DNA of 64,000 bases from a virus (IMGVR_UViG_3300020047_006434:1-64000), one strand, 5' to 3'; counted from the first letter of the stretch, positions 9,045-15,453 are shown. The notes: generated by a model from the letters alone, not told the origin. Translations and numbers: made by a program.

Positions 9045-9547
9045 TGAATACCTACTCCTGGAAATACAACATTCCCGCCAATGCGCAACGGGTCGGCAGT
9101 GAGTTGGAAGCCATCTACGAAGAGCATGGCAAGTTGACACCACCACTGATTGTGGAAGATGCCCGCAACGATGAACGGGAAACGCACAAGCTTATCGAAT
9201 GGGACGAAGCGACCGCCGCCGAAAAATACCGGTTAGAGCAGGCCCGCTACATCATGCGTAACATCATCGTTGTGCAGTCAACGCCTAACCTGGAAGAGCC
9301 AAAGGAGGAGCAGAAGATCATCAAGTTTCGTGCCTTTGAAAACGTTGAGACGGAAGAGCAGGAACGCTACTTTATGCCCATGCAAGTGGCGGTTAGTCGG
9401 GAAGATACCCGCAACTACATGCTGAAACAGGCAATGATGGCGCTGCAATCTTTTCGCCAAAAGTACGGCATGATTACCGACCTTGCCGCCGTGATTGACG
9501 CCATTGACGCACTAGAGCAACAGTACACCGTCAAGCGAGCAGCATAG
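9044..9547 (+). CDS. accessory protein coupled to the RAMP gene
   Basis: TGA/ATG overlap at 9044. LIEWDEATAAEKYRLEQARYIMRNIIVV block. The stop codon lies 3 nt before the array. Confidence 0.8.
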   Translation: MNTYSWKYNIPANAQRVGSELEAIYEEHGKLTPPLIVEDARNDERETHKLIEWDEATAAEKYRLEQARYIMRNIIVVQSTPNLEEPKEEQKIIKFRAFENVETEEQERYFMPMQVAVSREDTRNYMLKQAMMALQSFRQKYGMITDLAAVIDAIDALEQQYTVKRAA

Positions 9548-9550
9548 CAA

Positions 9551-10007
9551 GGCAGGCGTGGCTTGGCGCGGTTAGGTGAGGTATGGTTCGGCAGGGTAAG
9601 GCCGGGTAAGGCAGGTCACGGTGTGGCAGGTGAGGTAGGGTAAGGCGAGGCTCGGTGCGGTGCGGTCGGGTCAGGCATGACATGGTACGGCATGGCAGGC
9701 AGGGTTAGGCGCGGTTAGGCGTGGTACGGTCTAGTGTGGCAGGGTGCAGTGCGGCAAGGCATAGCAGGCGCGGTTCGTTTCGGCCTGGCATGGCAGGCGT
9801 GGTGAGGCATGGCTTGGCGTAGTGCGGCGTAGTGTGGCGGGGTTGGGCATGGCATGGCAGGCTTGGCGGGGTAAGGCGTGGTAGGGCTAGGCCCGGCAAC
9901 GTGCGGTGCGGTGTCGTAGGCAAGGTCTGGTCGGGCATGGAGGCCGTGGCGTAGTAGGGTGGGGTTAGGTGAGGTAAGGTAAGGCGGGTCATGGCGTGGT
10001 TTGGTTA
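9551..10007 (+). ncRNA. GGY-NN pentamer array (putative multi-guide RNA precursor)
   Basis: 84 in-register pentamers counted by hand; 74 begin GGC/GGT and all have a pyrimidine at position 3; positions 4-5 vary. Register is reset by 4-nt spacers GGCA/AGCA/CGTA. Confidence 0.9.
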
Positions 10008-10022
10008 TATAAGGAGGTGACA

Positions 10023-10085
10023 GTGGACACAACATGGTTTCTTGCGCTACTGGGGCTGGTTTGTTGCCTGGTAGCGCTGCGGTAG
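10023..10085 (+). CDS. putative 20-aa membrane peptide
   Basis: AAGGAGGTGA RBS, then GTG-DTTWFLALLGLVCCLVALR*. Confidence 0.5.
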   Translation: MDTTWFLALLGLVCCLVALR

Positions 10086-10089
10086 AGGG

Positions 10090-10147
10090 GAAGGGGAAAG
10101 CCTAAAGGGATTGTGTTGCACCAACAATCAATCACAAGAAAGGCTTT
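10090..10147 (+). repeat. intergenic element A, copy 1 (copy 2 at 11523-11583)
   Basis: GAAGGGG-AAGCC...TGT.TTGCACCAACA.TCAA...GAAAGGCTTT is shared by both copies. Confidence 0.75.
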
Positions 10148-10152
10148 ACACA

Positions 10153-10263
10153 ATGTTAGTCAAAATTTTATTTGCGCAACCAGCACCGCCGCCACAGACA
10201 CCCCCGCCGCCGGACAAAGATGACGGCCCATATCATGACCCGTGGGGCAAGAAAGGAAAGTAG
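10153..10263 (+). CDS. small Pro-rich protein (36 aa)
   Basis: MLVKILFAQPAPPPQTPPPP... downstream of GAAAGG. Confidence 0.45.
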   Translation: MLVKILFAQPAPPPQTPPPPDKDDGPYHDPWGKKGK

Positions 10264-10270
10264 GTGGCAT

Positions 10271-10363
10271 ATGTGGAAATTCATTTGCGGACTATTCCGG
10301 TGCCCCGGTTGCGGCACATATTACAACCCGACGTTTGGCAAGTGCCCCACCTGCGGGCAGTAG
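10271..10363 (+). CDS. 30-aa zinc-ribbon peptide
   Basis: CPGC...CPTC. Confidence 0.5.
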   Translation: MWKFICGLFRCPGCGTYYNPTFGKCPTCGQ

Positions 10364-10365
10364 GT

Positions 10366-10430
10366 TAATCGCTTCGGGTGCTGGTAGCTGTGAACTATCG
10401 GCACCCTAGGGCAAAAGCAGAAAGAAAGGA
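10366..10430 (+). repeat. intergenic element B, copy 1 (CTGTGAA-loop hairpin; copy 2 at 12013-12078)
   Basis: TAATCGCTT-C, then a GGG...CCC stem with identical loop CTGTGAA and compensatory changes, then GGCAAA..CAGAA.AAAGGA. Confidence 0.8.
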
Positions 10431-10444
10431 CAACGATATTGTAC

Positions 10445-10735
10445 ATGAAACGTCAACAACTTGCAATCATCGCCGCCGTCATTGCACTCGTTTATCTGTC
10501 TATCCTGTGGCCGCTGGAAGTTGGCGCGCAGGAAGTGCCACCGGAGACACCGCAGATCTCTGCGACATGGTTCGTGCCCACCCTGACGCCGTTCGAGCCG
10601 ACCGATACGCCAGAGCCGGTGCCCACGCCGACGGTAACGCGCCGCCCAACGGCAACCCCATCTATGACGCCTACGCCGATTGTGATTCAGCCGCTGCCAC
10701 AGCATTATGTGTGGTTGCCGATTGCGAGAAAGTAG
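10445..10735 (+). CDS. secreted Pro/Thr-rich protein with C-terminal LP-h motif
   Basis: Signal peptide or TM, PT linker, ends YVWLPIARK. Confidence 0.75.
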   Translation: MKRQQLAIIAAVIALVYLSILWPLEVGAQEVPPETPQISATWFVPTLTPFEPTDTPEPVPTPTVTRRPTATPSMTPTPIVIQPLPQHYVWLPIARK

Positions 10736-10740
10736 GAACT

Positions 10741-10938
10741 ATGATTGTCAACCCTCGCAAGGGCATGACCGTGCAGATTTGGTATAACAAACGGGTAGCG
10801 CCCACGATGCACTTGCACGGCAAGATCGGGACCGTGACCATCGTCAGCCGGGGCAAGCCTCGCAACCACGGTATTACCATTGATGGTCAGATGTGGGTTG
10901 TGCCCTGCGGAAATATTCGAGTGCCACCCACCGTGTAA
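10741..10938 (+). CDS. small SH3/KOW-like beta protein
   Basis: GMTVQIW...GKIGTVTIV pattern; 65 aa. Confidence 0.5.
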   Translation: MIVNPRKGMTVQIWYNKRVAPTMHLHGKIGTVTIVSRGKPRNHGITIDGQMWVVPCGNIRVPPTV

Positions 10939-10946
10939 TGTAGTCC

Positions 10947-11049
10947 GGTCGCCGCCGCTGCTCACTGTGTGCATAACATCAGCAATCATCGAACCATCGT
11001 ACCGAATCGCAGCTTCGACCATACATGCCACCGATGGCGGGCAGGTGGC
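10947..11049 (+). ncRNA. intergenic element C, copy 1 (pseudoknot RNA; copy 2 at 12939-13039)
   Basis: GGTCG/CGACC stem, CCGCC linker, variable P2, and a 3' hairpin whose loop GAT-GGCGG-GCA can pair with CCGCC. Confidence 0.65.
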
Positions 11050-11074
11050 GCAACATAGAAGGAAAACAAACATC

Positions 11075-11512
11075 ATGGGATTAGATATTTATGTCCGGTG
11101 GGACGGTATGACAGATGAGGAGCAAAACGCTCAGTATACCGGCTATCGGGATTCGTGCGAGACTGGATACCTGCGTTTTAACTGGACGGGTGTAAAAGTT
11201 TGTCGTTGCATAGCTGACAAGACAGGCGCCCCCAACCCTATCCGACACCTGTTCTCAGAGTGGAACGGCAGCAACGGTGAAGAGCTATTTGTTGACGATG
11301 ATGTGATGCGCCGCCTTTCCGATAACCGCACGCAGTTGGCCGAATGGCTGCGCAGTAGTATTCCGCAGGAAATCAGATTAGACGATTTCCCAGACGAGAA
11401 TCCGGTCGGATTGCGCCAGTGGTTTGTCGGCAAGGTCCATGGCGCAATGACAATGATCAACTTTGTTGAATTAAACAAGGACAAGCCAAATTTGCGGATC
11501 GAATTCAACTAG
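11075..11512 (+). CDS. hypothetical phage protein
   Basis: MGLDIY start typical of small phage early proteins; GAAGGA RBS. Confidence 0.7.
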   Translation: MGLDIYVRWDGMTDEEQNAQYTGYRDSCETGYLRFNWTGVKVCRCIADKTGAPNPIRHLFSEWNGSNGEELFVDDDVMRRLSDNRTQLAEWLRSSIPQEIRLDDFPDENPVGLRQWFVGKVHGAMTMINFVELNKDKPNLRIEFN

Positions 11513-11522
11513 GCAGCACGGA

Positions 11523-11583
11523 GAAGGGGAAGCCAACTCAGGAAATTTGTTTGCACCAACATTCAACAAACTGAGAAAGGCTT
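11523..11583 (+). repeat. intergenic element A, copy 2
   Basis: See 10090-10147. Confidence 0.75.
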
Positions 11584-11588
11584 TTACA

Positions 11589-11792
11589 ATGAGCAACAAG
11601 AGCAAAGACAACTACGACCACCTTGACAAAATCCTGCATGAAAGCCAGGAGAAACCCGGCGTTGGTGGCAAAGTGTGGATTGAATCGAAGTTCCACCCCG
11701 GCGGCGGGTACTGGGCAGAACCGAGTGAGGTTGGGTTAACGTGGGAATCATTGAAGGAAGTTGACAAGATCGAACGATATTTGCGGAGTTAG
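11589..11792 (+). CDS. hypothetical protein
   Basis: ATG after GAAAGG. Confidence 0.6.
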   Translation: MSNKSKDNYDHLDKILHESQEKPGVGGKVWIESKFHPGGGYWAEPSEVGLTWESLKEVDKIERYLRS

Positions 11793-11802
11793 GAGTGAGA
11801 GC

Positions 11803-12015
11803 ATGATTGATTTGAATCCAGGTGATTCAATAGTGCGAGCTATGGACGGATTAAAGCAGGGTGAATATTGGCGCAATGACGGCCATGTGACAGCGGTTAG
11901 TGATACGCAAATTGTCTGCACGGTCTTCGTAGACGTGCCTCGATCCATGACATTTGACAGAGTGACTGGCGTCAACGTGTACGGCAAGGAATACGGTTGG
12001 CTAGAATCAAAGTAA
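11803..12015 (+). CDS. hypothetical protein
   Basis: AGGAG RBS. Confidence 0.6.
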   Translation: MIDLNPGDSIVRAMDGLKQGEYWRNDGHVTAVSDTQIVCTVFVDVPRSMTFDRVTGVNVYGKEYGWLESK

Positions 12016-12078
12016 TCGCTTTCGGGCGCTGACGACTGTGAATCATCAGCGCCCATCAGGCAAAGACAGAAGAAAGGA
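12013..12078 (+). repeat. intergenic element B, copy 2
   Basis: GGGCGCTGA-CGA-CTGTGAA-TCA-TCAGCGCCC. Confidence 0.8.
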
Positions 12079-12086
12079 CAGGTTTA

Positions 12087-12380
12087 GTGTATACGAGGAA
12101 AACTGATTTGTCAACGTACTTATGGTTTATCGCCGCCGTTGCACTGTTGGTGGCCATCGTCATGGTTGCCACAGTCGCCCGCGCACAGGATGACCCGATT
12201 ATCTGTGTACCTGACCAACCGTGTATCGCACCGGCAGCGACCGCCGTCAATACGCCGACGGCAACGCCAGTCATGGCGCCGTCACCCGAAGCAACGCCGG
12301 TTATCGTGCGGCCGTTCCCGCTAGGTCCGTGCAAGCTTGCGCCGGGGTGCGCTCTGCTGCCACTGGTGGTGACGCCATGA
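12087..12380 (+). CDS. secreted Pro/Thr-rich protein with C-terminal LP-h motif
   Basis: TM or signal ending VARAQ, PT linker, ends CALLPLVVTP. Confidence 0.75.
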   Translation: MYTRKTDLSTYLWFIAAVALLVAIVMVATVARAQDDPIICVPDQPCIAPAATAVNTPTATPVMAPSPEATPVIVRPFPLGPCKLAPGCALLPLVVTP

Positions 12381-12727
12381 ACATTGATGAACTACTGCAA
12401 CGTGAACTGAAGCCGCAATCATTCGACTGGTGGGGCAATTATTACGAGAACGTCGTGCCGGCACTGGTAGAAAAGCCGCTTGGCGACGGCGCGGCGCTGG
12501 TTGGTTTTTCGTCGGTTGACACACGGCCATATTACTGGCTGATACGAGCAGACAGCAGCACCACCACGATGGATGAGGACCAACTGCGTGACTATGTGGA
12601 GGCTCATGTCATCGATGCCATTGGCGAATGCTTCGGTGAATGCACTTGCACAGAGGATTGCGATTGCGCATGGCCAACGCTGATACTAGACAGCGGCGGA
12701 TATAACTGGTGGGTGGTGACGCCATGA
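12377..12727 (+). CDS. hypothetical protein
   Basis: ATGA overlap; acidic 116-aa ORF. Confidence 0.65.
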   Translation: MNIDELLQRELKPQSFDWWGNYYENVVPALVEKPLGDGAALVGFSSVDTRPYYWLIRADSSTTTMDEDQLRDYVEAHVIDAIGECFGECTCTEDCDCAWPTLILDSGGYNWWVVTP

Positions 12728-12927
12728 AACGACAGCAACAGGTACGCGACGCAATCGAAGTGCTGGCCACACGTCAGCAGATGCTTTGCGACTTCGCAAA
12801 ACTAGCGCTAGGCCAACGTGACCGTGTGGCGGCAGAGATGCTAGTACATGACGCCATGTCGGTGGATGCGAAGATCCGGCACCAAATCAATCGGCTAGGG
12901 CCGGTGGAATTGATAGGACGTACCTAA
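12724..12927 (+). CDS. hypothetical helical protein
   Basis: Overlapping start. Confidence 0.55.
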   Translation: MKRQQQVRDAIEVLATRQQMLCDFAKLALGQRDRVAAEMLVHDAMSVDAKIRHQINRLGPVELIGRT

Positions 12928-12938
12928 CACCCCCACGC

Positions 12939-13039
12939 GGTCGCCGCCGCCTGCACCGTAGCTGTGTTCTCCAACGCACACCGCAGGCAGCCACGCTTCG
13001 ACCACAAGCGCCAACCGACGAAGGCGGGCAGTCGGTGGC
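12939..13039 (+). ncRNA. intergenic element C, copy 2
   Basis: GGTCG-CCGCC-GC...GCTT-CGACC...GCCAACCGAC-GAAGGCGGGCA-GTCGGTGGC. Confidence 0.65.
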
Positions 13040-13071
13040 AAGTAATCATGACAAGATGAAAGGATAAGGCC

Positions 13072-13470
13072 ATGATTGACGAATTTGACACACTTTTGCG
13101 CAACAACTATTTTGATCCGCACTGGAAACCAGAAGCAAACTACAGCATGACAGCGCATATCAACGACCTATCACCGCACTACACCAACAGGCGATTCGCC
13201 AAGCCGCAGACGGTTTGGGGCGCCGAGGAACAAGGCATTAGCTACGATTACAGCGACCGTCTCTGGCAGTGGGACTACGATAAGGCGAAAGCGTCTGCTG
13301 AGCTAGCTAACCAAAGTGCGTCGCGTAATACAGCAAAGTGGTGCCAGCTATTTCTTGACCACTATTTCGGCAAGCCGACGCAACTGCGCCATATCATGGC
13401 GGGCTTTAATCTCAGCAATGGCTATCCTTATCAGATTTTTGGCTATCGCTTTGTGGAGGCGCAACCATGA
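13072..13470 (+). CDS. hypothetical phage protein
   Basis: GAAAGGA RBS; 132 aa. Confidence 0.7.
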   Translation: MIDEFDTLLRNNYFDPHWKPEANYSMTAHINDLSPHYTNRRFAKPQTVWGAEEQGISYDYSDRLWQWDYDKAKASAELANQSASRNTAKWCQLFLDHYFGKPTQLRHIMAGFNLSNGYPYQIFGYRFVEAQP

Positions 13471-13685
13471 TCATACTACGTGTCAACGAAGGCGATCCGC
13501 TTCCCCTTGCTCGCCCCGGCTACGAACGGGTGCTGGTGGAGGAGTTCAGCGGATTACGTCACGCCGTGTTCATCCCCGCAGAATGCTGCGAGTTGCACCG
13601 TGGCCACAGCGACATTGGCAGCGCAATCAACTATATCAGGAGCAATGTGCCGGGGATGGCGATTAGAAAGGTAGAACTGATTTGA
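13467..13685 (+). CDS. hypothetical protein
   Basis: ATGA overlap. Confidence 0.55.
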   Translation: MIILRVNEGDPLPLARPGYERVLVEEFSGLRHAVFIPAECCELHRGHSDIGSAINYIRSNVPGMAIRKVELI

Positions 13686-14125
13686 AGGCACTGACAATCA
13701 AACAGCCGTGGGCGTGGGCAATCACGCATGGCACCAAGCGCGTGGAAAACCGCACATGGAAACCACCGTTCCACATCATTGGGCAACGCATCGCCATTCA
13801 CACCAGCGCACGAATCGAGAAAGCTGAATTGTTGGCATATAGCGAAATGGGCGCATGGCTGGAACCAACGGTGAACACGCTGCCCGTCGGTTGCATTATC
13901 GGCACGGCCATCGTCAAGGGTTACGTTGTAGTCAATGACATGGGCGGCGTAGAAGTGCAGACGAAAGGGGCGCAGGGTTATAGTCCCAACAAAGACCCGT
14001 GGTTCTGCGGTCCTGTCGGCTGGCTGCTGGACGATGTGCGCAAACTACCAGGGCCATTACCATGTAAAGGTGCGCTTGGCTTGTGGGATGTGCCAGACGC
14101 ATGGGCGATGCATATTGAGGCGTAG
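13682..14125 (+). CDS. ASCH (PUA-like) domain protein
   Basis: KALTIKQPWAWAI..G.KRVENRTW, GCIIGTA, KGALGLW. Confidence 0.9.
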   Translation: MKALTIKQPWAWAITHGTKRVENRTWKPPFHIIGQRIAIHTSARIEKAELLAYSEMGAWLEPTVNTLPVGCIIGTAIVKGYVVVNDMGGVEVQTKGAQGYSPNKDPWFCGPVGWLLDDVRKLPGPLPCKGALGLWDVPDAWAMHIEA

Positions 14126-14127
14126 CC

Positions 14128-14355
14128 ATGAATAGATCAACCTACGACGCCAACGGCGAGCCAACCAACATTGAAGCCGCGGCGCTTGATGCTATCTAGT
14201 GGCTTGAGTTGATGCAACGGCTGATGGACAATGGCAAGCTGACCCTGTTGCAACACGCTGAGAACAGGCAGCGGCTTGGCACGGCAACGGAGAAACTAAA
14301 ACAGATGGTAGAAAGGGAAACACAGTGCGACCAACTTGGGATGAACACTGGATGA
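14128..14355 (+). pseudogene. small ORF interrupted by in-frame TAG
   Basis: MNRSTYDANGEPTNIEAAALDAI*WLELMQRL...; the TAG is at 14197-14199 and the frame stays open for 51 more codons. Confidence 0.45.
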
Positions 14356-14750
14356 ACATGGCTGTAGGCGCCGCCGAGATGGGCACCTGTCCACGGGCGC
14401 AAGTCGGCTGTGTGTTGGTGCGTGACAACCGGATTATAGCCACAGGCCATAACGGGGCATTGGCCGGATTAAACCATTGCATTGACGTTGGGTGCATGAT
14501 TGAAAATGATCACTGTGTCCGCGCCACCCATGCCGAACAAAACGCCGTTATCCAATGCGCGCTGCACGGCACAAGCAGCAGGGGCGCAACTTGTTTTACG
14601 ACACATTTCCCCTGTGTGGCCTGCGCCAAGATATTGATCGGTGCCGGCGTTGATCGTGTGGTGTACCTGCACGATTACGCCAACGGGCGCGGTGATGAGT
14701 TTTTCAAATGGGCAAGAATTCAAATCGAACAATTGAAAGCAGGTGAGTAG
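14325..14750 (+). CDS. dCMP deaminase
   Basis: HAEQNA and PCVAC zinc motifs; RAQVGCVLV, TGHNG. Confidence 0.92.
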   Translation: MRPTWDEHWMNMAVGAAEMGTCPRAQVGCVLVRDNRIIATGHNGALAGLNHCIDVGCMIENDHCVRATHAEQNAVIQCALHGTSSRGATCFTTHFPCVACAKILIGAGVDRVVYLHDYANGRGDEFFKWARIQIEQLKAGE

Positions 14751-15094
14751 TGTTAATGTTTCCTGATGATTTTGTGGCATCGTTTAACCTGATGTCGGCC
14801 AACATTCATAGCAATGCACGCAACCACGGCTGGTGGGAGACTGACCGCAACGACGGCGAAATGATTGCCTTAATGCATAGTGAACTCAGCGAGGCGCTAG
14901 AGGCGATTCGACACGGCAACCTACCCGATGACAAGTGCCCAGAGTTCAATGGCGCCGTGGTTGAATTCGCAGACACGATCATTCGTATCATGGATACCTG
15001 TCATGCCCGTGGATGGCCCCTGGCCGAAGCCATCCTTGCCAAGCACAAAATGAACGTCAACCGGCCATACAAGCATGGGGGAAAGGCGTTCTGA
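14750..15094 (+). CDS. MazG-like nucleotide pyrophosphohydrolase
   Basis: HSELSEALEA...EFADTIIRIMD. Confidence 0.8.
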   Translation: MLMFPDDFVASFNLMSANIHSNARNHGWWETDRNDGEMIALMHSELSEALEAIRHGNLPDDKCPEFNGAVVEFADTIIRIMDTCHARGWPLAEAILAKHKMNVNRPYKHGGKAF

Positions 15095-15453
15095 TGAAGA
15101 CGATCATTGCAGGTAGCCGCAATTGCAACCGTGGCGAGGTGTTCAAAGCAATTATAGAAAGTGGTATTCAGGGGGAAATCACGGAGGTGGTCAGCGGATG
15201 CGCCAAGGGCGCCGACAAGTACGGCGAACAATGGGCAGAATTGTTTCACGTTCCAGTCAAACGATTCCCGGCTAATTGGTGGAAGTATGGCAAAGCCGCC
15301 GGACCCATCCGTAATCGAGAAATGGCAGAATATGCGGAAGCGCTGATTGCCGTGTGCAAAAACCATAGTGCGGGCACAACGAACATGATCAACGAAGCCA
15401 AGAGTCGTGGATTAGTGGTCAAGGCTTTTTATTTAGATGAGGTGACAGCATGA
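15094..15453 (+). CDS. SLOG-superfamily (DUF2493/YspA-like) protein
   Basis: IIAGSR, VVSGCAKGAD, AAGPIRNREM, GTTNMI. Confidence 0.85.
   Translation: MKTIIAGSRNCNRGEVFKAIIESGIQGEITEVVSGCAKGADKYGEQWAELFHVPVKRFPANWWKYGKAAGPIRNREMAEYAEALIAVCKNHSAGTTNMINEAKSRGLVVKAFYLDEVTA

Noticed and set aside
9629-9693. Guide 2 as the TnpB DRDxNAAxNI motif
   Set aside because: Three key positions (D, N, N) disagree with the NN pairs.
9551-10007. Calling the array a CRISPR array or a simple microsatellite
   Set aside because: There are no 23-47-nt repeats with spacers. The NN positions are diverse and non-periodic, unlike slippage-generated satellites.
9705-10035. Minus-strand ORFs with PHLTPP/PCHA repeats
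   Set aside because: They are shadows of the pentamer array, with low-complexity translation, no RBS and orientation against the operon.
14197-14199. Alternative genetic code (TAG reassigned)
   Set aside because: TAG terminates many well-formed genes (for example 2467, 9547, 11512, 35162), and long ORFs are intact under code 11.
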